Shown here: piece by piece, positions 1 to 8,151 of the stretch | Position numbering within the stretch: the stretch's first letter is position 1 | How the letters are laid out: every line of letters starts with the position of its first letter | NCBI GenBank assembly: GCA_041476445.1 | Contig: JBGOTK010000001.1 | Coordinates: forward strand, 1 to 25,694 | Direction: 5' to 3' | Length of the DNA stretch: 25,694 bases | Origin: Minisyncoccia bacterium | GTDB lineage: Bacteria; Patescibacteriota; Minisyncoccia; UBA6257; JACOXY01 | Notes under the pieces: generated by a model | The model's input: only the letters and a program-made list of their open reading frames with translations | Database searches by the model: none | Told to the model about the DNA's origin: nothing | Position numbers and translations under genes: made by a program

Positions 1-1890
1 CGGATCGATATGAGCGGTGAAATTCTTGATGAGTGTTTCCAACTCATCAAATTTCTTCTCCGCTAAAAGCGCCTGGCTCATGGCATCGACATACTCAATG
101 CGCATAGGGGCGAGCGTAAGTGCCCGTTTTAAGACCGCCTCGGATTTCGTTAGATCTTCCGGCATACCCAAGCTTTCAGAGCCGATGCGATACAATGATC
201 CCAAGATGTAATACATCTGCGGTTCAAAGGGGCGTTCTCGGTTAAGATCCGCAAGTGCGTTCGTAACTTTTTTATACATCGAGACAAGCGCTGGTTTGTC
301 TTCGGGTTTAATCTCTTTATCTTGAAGTGCCTTTAGTAGTAGTTCCCAACCAGCTGACTTCTTAATATCAAAAGCAAGGTAGGGAGAAGAGATGGTAAAC
401 GACGTTTCGAGAATTGTATCCGCATCGGAGTACAGTTCGGCGTCGATGGTTGCATTATATTCAAGAATCAGTGGATTTGAGCGATACGGAACCCACACCG
501 CGTACCAAATAAAGGCGAGCGCTGCGATGCTCGTCGCGGCACCCACAAATATCTCAGTACTTGAAACTACCCTTGTTTCCCGCTTTGCTTCTGACATCGC
601 CGAAACCGGATAGTACCCGTGCTCTAAAAAATATGAAAACCCTAAGAATGTGAAAAATCCAAGGTATGTCGCGAAGGTATCAAAGAGAAAGAAATCCTGC
701 GCAACGTAGGCAGCGAACGTTGCACCAAGTACGGAAGCCATAAACGGATCCTTTTTAAAGATCCGATAAAGAAAGAACACTAAACTCCCTATCACCAATA
801 CGTAGCCAGCAAAGAGCGTGATACCTCCCTCAGCTAAGATTTGGAGAATTTGATTGTGCGGACGATCAAACCACTGATCGATCAGACCTACGTGATAATC
901 GTAGTGCTTATTTGATACAGAAATAAAATTTTCCGCGCCCCAGCCAAATAGGGGCCGATCCTTGAAACCCTCAAGCGCAATCCTCCATTCCGTAAGACGC
1001 TCGGAAACTGAGTTTGCTTCTATGGAATTCGCTACCCGCTTAAGGAGAGAATACCGTTCCACGAGTGGCGCACTGGGATGGGTAAGAACAAAACTAAGAA
1101 AGACTAACAGTGTAACGAGGGCGATATCAAGACCGACAACGAATTTCTTTAGCTGCAGGCTTTTCCCTGGAAAAAAATGAATAAGGACTGCAAAAGTCAG
1201 AAGTCCGGCTAAAAATCCTATATAATCGCCGCGGGTTTGCGTAAGCACGATCACGGCGGCAAAAAATACCATAAGCAGGGTAAGCGCGATCACTTGCCCA
1301 TATCGCTGTGGCTGCCGTAACAGCGAAAAGGATTTAAGTAAAAACAGTGCCGTGAACCCGATCACAAAAAGTAAAAATGCTCCTAAAAAGGACGGGTTAC
1401 CAAAGGTGCCATAGAGACGTAGCTGGGTATCACTATTCAGAAGACCAAACACCGAAGAGACAAGTCCAGTTACGATAAAAATCAAGAATGCAATCTGCCA
1501 GTCGCGTTTGGTTTTAAGTACGGTCACGAGCATCAGAAAATATACGGCCCAAATCCCGAACTGTATCACGCCGTCCGATCGTTCTACCGTCGAGAAAAAC
1601 GATCGCATGATGTCTACACCGGTAAAACCAGTGAGCACGTACCCAGCCAGCAAGACCATAATACTGATAACCAAATAATTCTTAAAATTCGGCCAGTGCG
1701 TTTTTGAGCGCGCCATTAAGACCGCCCAAAAAGGCAGAGCTAAACCTACCAAAAGACGTAAGGTATAGACCTTGGCAGAGATAAACGGGAAAAAGAGCCC
1801 AAAGGAAAATATGAGAGGGGTAATAAAGAGCACGGCATACATTAACATTTTTACTGTCCGCTCAAGTTTGTGTGTAGCGATTGGAACCAT
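1..1890 (-). CDS. O-antigen ligase / O-oligosaccharyltransferase (Wzy_C) family multi-pass membrane protein; 3' end truncated by the window edge
   Basis: Absent from the ORF track because it runs off the edge. Manual translation from the ATG at 1890 gives MVPIATHKLERTVKMLMYAVLF...GTFGNPSFLG...TQTRG...RLTEWRIALEGFKDRPLFGWGAENF...FDRPHNQILQILAEGG...FTAHIDP. These are ligase-type motifs (GxxGNP, P-x-x-GWG-x-ENF, HN), collinear with the paralogue at 5286-7328. Confidence 0.85.
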   Translation of the reverse strand, partial: MVPIATHKLERTVKMLMYAVLFITPLIFSFGLFFPFISAKVYTLRLLVGLALPFWAVLMARSKTHWPNFKNYLVISIMVLLAGYVLTGFTGVDIMRSFFSTVERSDGVIQFGIWAVYFLMLVTVLKTKRDWQIAFLIFIVTGLVSSVFGLLNSDTQLRLYGTFGNPSFLGAFLLFVIGFTALFLLKSFSLLRQPQRYGQVIALTLLMVFFAAVIVLTQTRGDYIGFLAGLLTFAVLIHFFPGKSLQLKKFVVGLDIALVTLLVFLSFVLTHPSAPLVERYSLLKRVANSIEANSVSERLTEWRIALEGFKDRPLFGWGAENFISVSNKHYDYHVGLIDQWFDRPHNQILQILAEGGITLFAGYVLVIGSLVFFLYRIFKKDPFMASVLGATFAAYVAQDFFLFDTFATYLGFFTFLGFSYFLEHGYYPVSAMSEAKRETRVVSSTEIFVGAATSIAALAFIWYAVWVPYRSNPLILEYNATIDAELYSDADTILETSFTISSPYLAFDIKKSAGWELLLKALQDKEIKPEDKPALVSMYKKVTNALADLNRERPFEPQMYYILGSLYRIGSESLGMPEDLTKSEAVLKRALTLAPMRIEYVDAMSQALLAEKKFDELETLIKNFTAHIDP

Positions 1891-1900
1891 AATGAAGCCA

Positions 1901-1928
1901 ATTGTACCTTACGGAGATAAAAATTCAA
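1901..1928 (-). promoter_or_regulatory. Putative sigma70 promoter of the first ligase gene
   Basis: Minus strand reads TTGAAT-N16-TACAAT, ending 10 nt before the ATG at 1890. Confidence 0.4.
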
Positions 1929-2009
1929 TTTACCCTGTTAGAGAATAGTGCGTGAATAATATGACTTGAGTCATTCGCAATGACTTTCTCCAACTGAGTA
2001 AATTCCCTA

Positions 2010-2048
2010 CACAAAAGTCCCCCGACATAAATGTCGGAGGACTTTGTG
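2010..2048 (-). terminator. Intrinsic terminator downstream of the surface-protein gene
   Basis: Minus strand GUCCUCCGACA-UUUA-UGUCGGGGGAC forms an 11-bp stem followed by UUUUGUG, about 40 nt after the stop at 2090. Confidence 0.75.
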
Positions 2049-2089
2049 CTTTCACTTCTCTAAGAAGCGTTAGGCCCTCGCGTAGCGAA

Positions 2090-4003
2090 CTACGGCAAGA
2101 ACACGTCCGGCGTCTTGAAGAGGCTGAGGCCCCAGGTCTGATTGACGTTAGTTGTACCACCTACGCTCCATTTTACATTGGACAATACGTAGTGCACGAA
2201 CATACCGCTCGTACCCGTGATACCCGAAACGCTTGAAACCTGACGAGCTGACAAAGCTACCGTAACCGTGTCGCCATCGGCAACGTTCACAGTCTTGTCA
2301 TTCGTAACTGAGCCACTGCCACCAGCGATGGTAGTGATCGTTGACGCACTGCCGCTTACCACGTCAATGACAAACATTGAGTTGGTCGGCAAGGTGAGTG
2401 TACCGCCCTTCGCAGTTATCTTGAAGGTCAGGGTACCGTCAACCGAGCTTGATACCACTACAGAGCCCGTGCTCGAAAGCTGCTGCGCGTTCTTGGTAGC
2501 GCTGCCGCTTACGAACTGGATAAGCGCAACCTCACGGTAGGCATGGACATCGTTACCGCTCACCGCTGAGCTAACAGTCGGTGCAGCCGTGGTTCCATCT
2601 CCTTTCCTGAAGAGTGAGGCACCTGCAGCCGGCATAGCCACTGAAGCTACCGAGCCATTCCCAGTTGCCACCACATCAGCCTTGATAACGAAGGTCTTAT
2701 ACGTATTCACCGGAACATTAGCGTTCACATTGGTGAAGACTACGTTACCCGCAGCCGATGACGTTGCCGCCGAAGCGAGCAAGGTACCATTCGCGTCATA
2801 CAACTTGTAGACCGAAGGCTCCACCGAGGTGAAGGTTGACGAAACGGCGAGCGTCAGCAAGGTTGCATCCGCCGTTTGGGCGTTCGCAACAAAGCGAAGC
2901 ATCTCTACGTCCGTAGCACCACTCGAACCATCGATGTAGATGTTATGCGCCAACTGATTGTCAGACGCCACCGAAAGCGAAAGAGTTGAAGCTCCGCCCG
3001 CTTTGAAGGTGTGTGTGCGACCATTGGCTGACGTGTTGAGCGAAGCATCGTAGATGCTCAAGTTAACACAGTCATGCGCGCGCATACTGTTTGATCCGTA
3101 CTCCTGGATTGCCACGGTGCGATTGTTGTCAATCTGACCAACCGTGTCAACGCTGAAGGTAAGGGTCTTCTTCATGTCTTTTGGTACGCGGAAGTTAATG
3201 CCGCCCACCGATACTGAGTAGACATAGCTGCTGTCAGTATTAAGCGAGGTGTCATTAACTGGAACCGTTACCAACTTGGTTGAACCATCCCAAGCGGTGA
3301 TCGCAGTGATGAAGGAGCTCGGCTTGTAGGTCGTCGAGCCATTCGTTACTGCAAGCTGGAGGTTTACCCGATCAACTATGACGTCAGAGTTTACTGCCTT
3401 CACGTCGATACCATACACCGGCACATTCATGCCTGTGTAGGCGTTCGGGTTAGCCGCTGGCGTTGAAGCCAGGGTTACCACCATTGAACCTTCGCCAGTT
3501 GATACACAACCCGCTGGCGGAGGAGTCGTGCCGCCAACGCCACCTGGAACTGGGGCCGGGGTCGCCACAGTCGCGATTTGAGCGCGAGTCTTGGGACCAA
3601 AATAACCGGCCGCCGGCGAGATGCCGTGCGCGGCTTGATACGAAGCGAGCGCTGCCTTGGTTCTTGCACCAAAGTAGGTCGACTCGCTGCCAGGAGCACC
3701 GGCGCCGCTTGAGGCAACCATAGCACCATGGCTGTTGAGGAATTGCTGGAGCTGCATGACGTCCGAACCAGTGCTACCGAGAGTGAGGTCCCGGGTAAAA
3801 CTGTAGGAAGCGCTGCCGCCGCCCTGAAGAGAGCCGAGTTGAGCCTGCAACTGCGCGATCTGGGCAAGCAAAGCGTTCACCTGTGCCTGGAGGTCCGTTT
3901 GACCATTTGCCACCGGCACGAGCATGGAAACGCCCGAGAGCCACACAAGGGTAGTCGCAGAAAGCAAAACTGAAGCAACTCTATTTCTGCTTGAAATACT
4001 CAT
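2090..4003 (-). CDS. Large secreted peptidoglycan-binding-domain protein (S-layer-like, Ser/Thr/Val-rich), 637 aa
   Basis: Signal peptide (MSISSRNRVASVLLSATTLVWLSGVSMLVPVANG), short coiled coil (LQAQVNALLAQIAQLQAQL), PG_binding_1-like segment (FTRDLTLGSTGSDVMQLQQFLN...YFGARTKAALASYQAAHGI...GYFGPKTR), then beta-rich S/T-rich domains. Start moved from 4147 to the ATG at 4003, which directly precedes the signal peptide. Confidence 0.8.
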   Translation of the reverse strand: MSISSRNRVASVLLSATTLVWLSGVSMLVPVANGQTDLQAQVNALLAQIAQLQAQLGSLQGGGSASYSFTRDLTLGSTGSDVMQLQQFLNSHGAMVASSGAGAPGSESTYFGARTKAALASYQAAHGISPAAGYFGPKTRAQIATVATPAPVPGGVGGTTPPPAGCVSTGEGSMVVTLASTPAANPNAYTGMNVPVYGIDVKAVNSDVIVDRVNLQLAVTNGSTTYKPSSFITAITAWDGSTKLVTVPVNDTSLNTDSSYVYSVSVGGINFRVPKDMKKTLTFSVDTVGQIDNNRTVAIQEYGSNSMRAHDCVNLSIYDASLNTSANGRTHTFKAGGASTLSLSVASDNQLAHNIYIDGSSGATDVEMLRFVANAQTADATLLTLAVSSTFTSVEPSVYKLYDANGTLLASAATSSAAGNVVFTNVNANVPVNTYKTFVIKADVVATGNGSVASVAMPAAGASLFRKGDGTTAAPTVSSAVSGNDVHAYREVALIQFVSGSATKNAQQLSSTGSVVVSSSVDGTLTFKITAKGGTLTLPTNSMFVIDVVSGSASTITTIAGGSGSVTNDKTVNVADGDTVTVALSARQVSSVSGITGTSGMFVHYVLSNVKWSVGGTTNVNQTWGLSLFKTPDVFLP

Positions 4004-4044
4004 TGTTTTGATTAGTTTGTTATTGTTATGTTTTTGCTGAATTT

Positions 4045-4200
4045 CGGGAGGAATATCGTTCCCCATTACCGACCCGCCGCCTACTTTGACCGCCCGCTTC
4101 TGTGAGGTTCGCGGGCCCCGAAACTTTTTCGGATGGCCTCCCCCCAAAAGAGCGGGGGCAGGAGGTAGATGGCTAGCTCAATAAGGACAATACCCGTAGT
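4045..4200 (-). promoter_or_regulatory. GC-rich multi-hairpin 5' leader of the surface-protein gene
   Basis: Minus-strand stems: CCUCCUGCCCCC/GGGGGGAGG, CCGAAA-AAG-UUUCGG, CCCGC/GCGGG and UCGG..GGGAA/UUCC..CCGA. An A-rich stretch follows up to the ATG. Confidence 0.4.
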
Positions 4201-4207
4201 ATCAATA

Positions 4208-4235
4208 AACTGAAAAAGCCTCGCTTGAGCGAGAC
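4208..4235 (-). terminator. Intrinsic terminator-like hairpin
   Basis: Minus strand GUCUCGC-UCAA-GCGAGGC followed by UUUUUCAGUUU. Confidence 0.6.
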
Positions 4236-4359
4236 CCGTTCTACATGCAAATGCTTGCTACAAGGCGCAAACCGTATTTATACAGTTACGATTGCCACCT
4301 TTTAACTTGCACTTACTTGTGTTAACCCGGCCTCACCCAGGTTTCCGCCAAGGCGGAAT
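4208..4359 (-). ncRNA. Candidate ~150-nt small RNA or attenuator leader
   Basis: Begins just downstream of an extended -10 with a 5' hairpin (4343-4358). Contains a long bulged hairpin (4262-4301) and ends in a terminator-like stem plus U tract. No known family recognised. Confidence 0.35.
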
Positions 4360-4365
4360 ATATCT

Positions 4366-4374
4366 ATTATAGCA
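4366..4374 (-). promoter_or_regulatory. Extended -10 promoter element (TGnTATAAT)
   Basis: Minus strand reads TGCTATAAT, a perfect extended -10. Confidence 0.6.
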
Positions 4375-4527
4375 AAGCCCTTAGCTGGTCTACTGTGGAA
4401 TACTTGCTAATTCTAGCCTTTTTAGGAGAATTCGTCAAATACCACACAACAACCTATTACAAAATCAATATCTCACTAACGGCTCCAAGATAAGGAAACG
4501 GGGGGGCAAACAATTGGTTACCGTAGC

Positions 4528-5169
4528 CTAAACCTCTGCAACTTCTCGTGCCCTATAATAACTTGCCGGCCCTCCGCTACCAACTCGTTCCAAAACTCCC
4601 TGCTCGCATAGCTTCTGAAGGTCATAGCGAAGCGTCCGCTCGCTGACACCAGGAAATACGGCAATAATATCACGTATTGCCGCATGGCCTAATTCGGCAA
4701 CTCGCTTTGTTACTGCCCAAAGTCTATCTGGATTATGTTTACCTTTAACTAAGCTTTCGTTTTGAGCAGGAGGCGATGCCACCTCTGATCTTTCTGGATA
4801 TATACTGCCGATAGTTTCATTGCCTGATTCATCCGGCAAAGGAGAAAATATACTTTCCAGATCTAAGGTAATTGGTTTTTGTTCTGAGACGTTCCGCAAT
4901 GCCATCCTTAAATATTGGATTTCGCGATAGATGATCTGAGAATCGGCGTAGGTAATCTGTCCAACCGCCTCACCATACATCACGAGCGACTCCATAAGCC
5001 CGAGCGTCTGCAGCGCCCTTGGAAAGTCGCTTTGGGACTCTTCCCGTATGAGCTGCACATTCAACATCTGAAGCTCGTTCCTCAAATGAACTTCAGAGAT
5101 TTGTTCAGCAAGGCGAAACAGAGCATGACTTATCTCAAGTGCTTTGCGTCTCAAATTAAAACTTGCCAT
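4528..5169 (-). CDS. Hypothetical protein with a helical N-terminus and a C-terminal DeoR-like winged HTH
   Basis: C-terminus AAIRDIIAVFPGVSERTLRYDLQKLCEQGVLERVG matches the DeoR-type HTH pattern (VSxxTxRxDL). Confidence 0.65.
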   Translation of the reverse strand: MASFNLRRKALEISHALFRLAEQISEVHLRNELQMLNVQLIREESQSDFPRALQTLGLMESLVMYGEAVGQITYADSQIIYREIQYLRMALRNVSEQKPITLDLESIFSPLPDESGNETIGSIYPERSEVASPPAQNESLVKGKHNPDRLWAVTKRVAELGHAAIRDIIAVFPGVSERTLRYDLQKLCEQGVLERVGSGGPASYYRAREVAEV

Positions 5170-5242
5170 AGCTTCGTTTTGTTAATGCTCTCATCCTAGT
5201 CGTAGCTTCCAGTCTGTGTCAATCAGCATCACGGCAAAATCC

Positions 5243-5270
5243 TTGTATTCGCAAGAAAAGAGTTTAGAAT
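5243..5270 (+). promoter_or_regulatory. Putative sigma70 promoter of the second ligase gene
   Basis: TTGTAT-N16-TAGAAT, ending 15 nt before the ATG at 5286. Confidence 0.4.
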
Positions 5271-5285
5271 GGAAACATCTAAAAA

Positions 5286-7328
5286 ATGAACGATATTTTC
5301 TTGCGCGCTACGAAGGTCTTGCTGTACCTCGCGCCAGTTTCCGTGCTCATTGTGGCGAGTTCAATGTTCTTCCCCTTCATCGTGGGCAAGGCCATTTTAT
5401 TACGGATCATGGTTGAACTTGGCTTATTCGCCTATGTTTGCTATCTCCTCTCGCCTGGCAGCGCGGAAAAGTGGGAACATTTTAAGACAGTGAGTCGCCA
5501 TCCCCTCTTCATCGCCCTCGCGACCTTTACCCTGCTCTTTCTCTTATCAAGCCTTACCGCCGTAGACTCAATGATTGCCTTCTGGTCAAACTTTGAGCGC
5601 GGAGAAGGGGCGCTCCAAATGCTCCATTATGGAATTTATTTCTGCTTGGTGGCTTTGGTCTTGAGAAGCAAGCGTGAGTGGTATGCCTATAGCGGCTGGA
5701 TTCTTTTCTTGGGACTATTTGTTTCTCTCTACGCTTGGGGACAGCGCTTCGGCGGCTCAGCGATGGGCTTCTTCGGCGATGGAACCCGAGCCTCGGGCAC
5801 GCTGGGGAATCCGCTGTATCTTTCGACCTTTATACTTTTTCTATTTTTCTTCGCCCTCTGGCTCATAAAAGAGAAGCAGGACCTACTGCTGCGCATTGTC
5901 TTGGTTATGTACAGCATCTTTCAACTCGCAACCTTCGCGGCACTCGCCCAATCGCGCAACGGCGTGGCCGGTCTTGGTCTTGGCATCGTTGTCGGATTTT
6001 TCACTTTGGCATTCCTCAAGACGAATACACTTACTATCGGTTCCTACTCTCTCCGCCGTATCGCAGCTGGAATCTTAGTGCTAAGCATTCTGCTCGGGGG
6101 AATATTTTATGTCACCCGTACCAATCCTTTCTGGCAAAATTTCCCCGGACTGAAGCGTTTTGCGCGCGAACGGGTGCTCACCGGCATCGACGACCGCGTC
6201 TGGACGTGGGAAACGACGCTCCAGGGCATTAAGGAAAAACCATTCTTAGGTTGGGGACCGGAAAATTTTCCCATTATCTTCGACAAGTATTACAACGCGA
6301 ATCATTTTGGATCGGACAGCTGGTTCGATAGGGCCCACGACATTTATCTTGAATATCTGATCGACGGCGGCATTGTGCTCTTTCTTGGCTATATCGCTAT
6401 CTGGGCCATGTTCATCCGCGAACTACGGCGCCGGCGCCACCTCTTTCCGCCCGTCACCTTGGCGCTCTTTACTGGTTTTGCGACCGCTTATTTCGTTCAA
6501 GGGCTCACCGCGTTTGAAGTGCTGCCGATCTATATACTGCTCTACGCCTTTTTTGCCTTTTTGATACGCCTCTCGCTTGATCTTGATGCGCCGATAGACG
6601 ACCGCGACCAGAGGAAACACCCCACTCACGGAGCCAGCAGCCGCGAGGTGCCTCTCTGGCATTACCTGGTCATTATCGGGGTGGGCTCAGCGGTGGTGTT
6701 AGCCATGTACTTCGCAAATTATTTGCCCTATAGGAAAAACCGTTTGCTGCTTACCGCGGCTGCAAGCCAAGGCAATCAAGGAGAAGCCTTCCTTGTATTT
6801 ATGGGTGGCAAAGACCCGCAGACTGGAAAAGAGTACCCCGGGGCGCTTACCTACTACTCCCCGATAGGGCAACAAGAAACCGTACAGTATTTCAATTTAT
6901 TCGTCCTTAAAATACTTGAAGCCAATGCCAATAATCCGGAGTTTGCTAAACAGGCCGACTCTATAAAGCAGCTGGTGCAAAGAACCAATGAAATATACGA
7001 GGAGAACGAGAACACGCCCTTTCGGGCCGTGGGCGCTAAAACGCTTTACTATTTGGGGCTGATACACTTCCGTGCCGCCATGATTACTCGCGACCAGACT
7101 CTCATCGACAAAGCAGAGACGCTTATGCGTAAAGGCTACGCCCTGGCTCCTGACCGGCTGGAGTTCATCTACGGCCTCCTCGATATCGCCGCAGCCAAGA
7201 GCGACCGAGTCGCAGCTGGACCACTTATAGAGCGCGCCAAAACACTCCGCCCCGATCTCCAGCAGAATGCGGCCTATGAAGCACTTTTCGCGAAAGACTC
7301 AGTAACAAGCACACCTAAGAAGCCCTGA
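5286..7328 (+). CDS. O-antigen ligase / O-oligosaccharyltransferase family membrane protein with a helical (TPR-like) C-terminal region
   Basis: Many TM segments; motifs RASGTLGNPLY, QSRNG, RVWTW...KEKPFLGWGPENF, WFDRAHDIYL. Confidence 0.85.
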   Translation: MNDIFLRATKVLLYLAPVSVLIVASSMFFPFIVGKAILLRIMVELGLFAYVCYLLSPGSAEKWEHFKTVSRHPLFIALATFTLLFLLSSLTAVDSMIAFWSNFERGEGALQMLHYGIYFCLVALVLRSKREWYAYSGWILFLGLFVSLYAWGQRFGGSAMGFFGDGTRASGTLGNPLYLSTFILFLFFFALWLIKEKQDLLLRIVLVMYSIFQLATFAALAQSRNGVAGLGLGIVVGFFTLAFLKTNTLTIGSYSLRRIAAGILVLSILLGGIFYVTRTNPFWQNFPGLKRFARERVLTGIDDRVWTWETTLQGIKEKPFLGWGPENFPIIFDKYYNANHFGSDSWFDRAHDIYLEYLIDGGIVLFLGYIAIWAMFIRELRRRRHLFPPVTLALFTGFATAYFVQGLTAFEVLPIYILLYAFFAFLIRLSLDLDAPIDDRDQRKHPTHGASSREVPLWHYLVIIGVGSAVVLAMYFANYLPYRKNRLLLTAAASQGNQGEAFLVFMGGKDPQTGKEYPGALTYYSPIGQQETVQYFNLFVLKILEANANNPEFAKQADSIKQLVQRTNEIYEENENTPFRAVGAKTLYYLGLIHFRAAMITRDQTLIDKAETLMRKGYALAPDRLEFIYGLLDIAAAKSDRVAAGPLIERAKTLRPDLQQNAAYEALFAKDSVTSTPKKP

Positions 7329-8148
7329 GGGTTTTCAGGTATTCACGCATCTCTTTGCCGAATTCCTCATGATGCGCACCGAAGTACGCGTTGGCTTTCA
7401 TAAGCCCCAGTTTTGAACCGCAATCAAAACGCGTGCCCTTGAATTCAACACCGAATACCCGGCCGCCTTTTTTCATGTACGCAAGTAAGGCGTCAGTAAG
7501 ATAAAATTCGCCGCCGATTGTGGCATTTGCCTTATCGCTGCATAATTTTTTAATCTCTTTAAACAGTTCAGGGGTAAGCACGTAACGGCCGATAATCGAG
7601 AGGTTCGAGGGCGCATCTTCTAGCTTCGGCTTTTCTACGAGGGTTTGCACCTCGAAAATGCCGCGCTGTCTGCTGCCTGCCGACCCCTTAGTTGGAGTAA
7701 CGCCTACAATGCCGTAACGGGAAACTAAAGCCTTAGGTACCCGCTCAAGGAGAAGCACCGGTGCCTTCATTTTTTTCGAGAGCGCTACCATGGCGCGTAC
7801 GGTGCGGCCTCCCTCTACTAATACATCATCGCCGAATGAAACGTAGATGAACTTCTCCCGACGGACCAAGGGCTGACCCTTTAATATGGCGTCGGCATTG
7901 CCACGCATGACTTTTTGCGTGGCAAATGTTATGGAGCGGGCGCCGCCATATTTCGTAACATATTCCCTGACCTTCTCCTGATGCGGCGAGGTTACAAACA
8001 CAAGATCGCGAACCCCCGCAGCCGCAAGTTCGTCGATGGCGTACTGAATAAGCGGCTTATCGGCCACGCCAAGCAAATACTTAGGGACTGACCACGTAAG
8101 CGGTTGGAGGCGCGTACCCCAGCCAGCTACCGGCAGAATGGCTTTCAT
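7315..8148 (-). CDS. galU: UTP-glucose-1-phosphate uridylyltransferase (GalU-like nucleotidyltransferase)
   Basis: MKAILPVAGWGTRLQP...PK...DKPLIQY, GDD, VEKP, GRYVLTP, FDCGSKLG. Start at the ATG at 8148. Overlaps the convergent ligase gene by 14 nt. Confidence 0.85.
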   Translation of the reverse strand: MKAILPVAGWGTRLQPLTWSVPKYLLGVADKPLIQYAIDELAAAGVRDLVFVTSPHQEKVREYVTKYGGARSITFATQKVMRGNADAILKGQPLVRREKFIYVSFGDDVLVEGGRTVRAMVALSKKMKAPVLLLERVPKALVSRYGIVGVTPTKGSAGSRQRGIFEVQTLVEKPKLEDAPSNLSIIGRYVLTPELFKEIKKLCSDKANATIGGEFYLTDALLAYMKKGGRVFGVEFKGTRFDCGSKLGLMKANAYFGAHHEEFGKEMREYLKTLRAS

Positions 8149-8151
8149 ATG

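Noticed and set aside
1930-2160. 76-aa ORF overlapping the surface-protein 3' end and terminator
   Set aside because: It spans a terminator and another gene's end, and has no coding features.
4004-4147. 48-aa N-terminal extension of the surface protein in the ORF track
   Set aside because: It would bury the signal peptide and it coincides with a structured leader; the ATG at 4003 fits better.
4208-4359. tmRNA, 6S, SRP or a known riboswitch
   Set aside because: No tRNA-like ends or ANDEN/ALAA-type tag frame, no SRP GGAA/AGCAG loop, and no recognisable aptamer consensus. The GCAAACC on the plus strand lacks the rest of the c-di-GMP-I motif.
5269-5289. Six-codon ORF (METSKK) overlapping the ligase start at an A6 run, as a possible phase-variation site
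   Set aside because: Its ATG overlaps the predicted -10, the run is short, and the annotated N-terminus already matches the paralogue in length.
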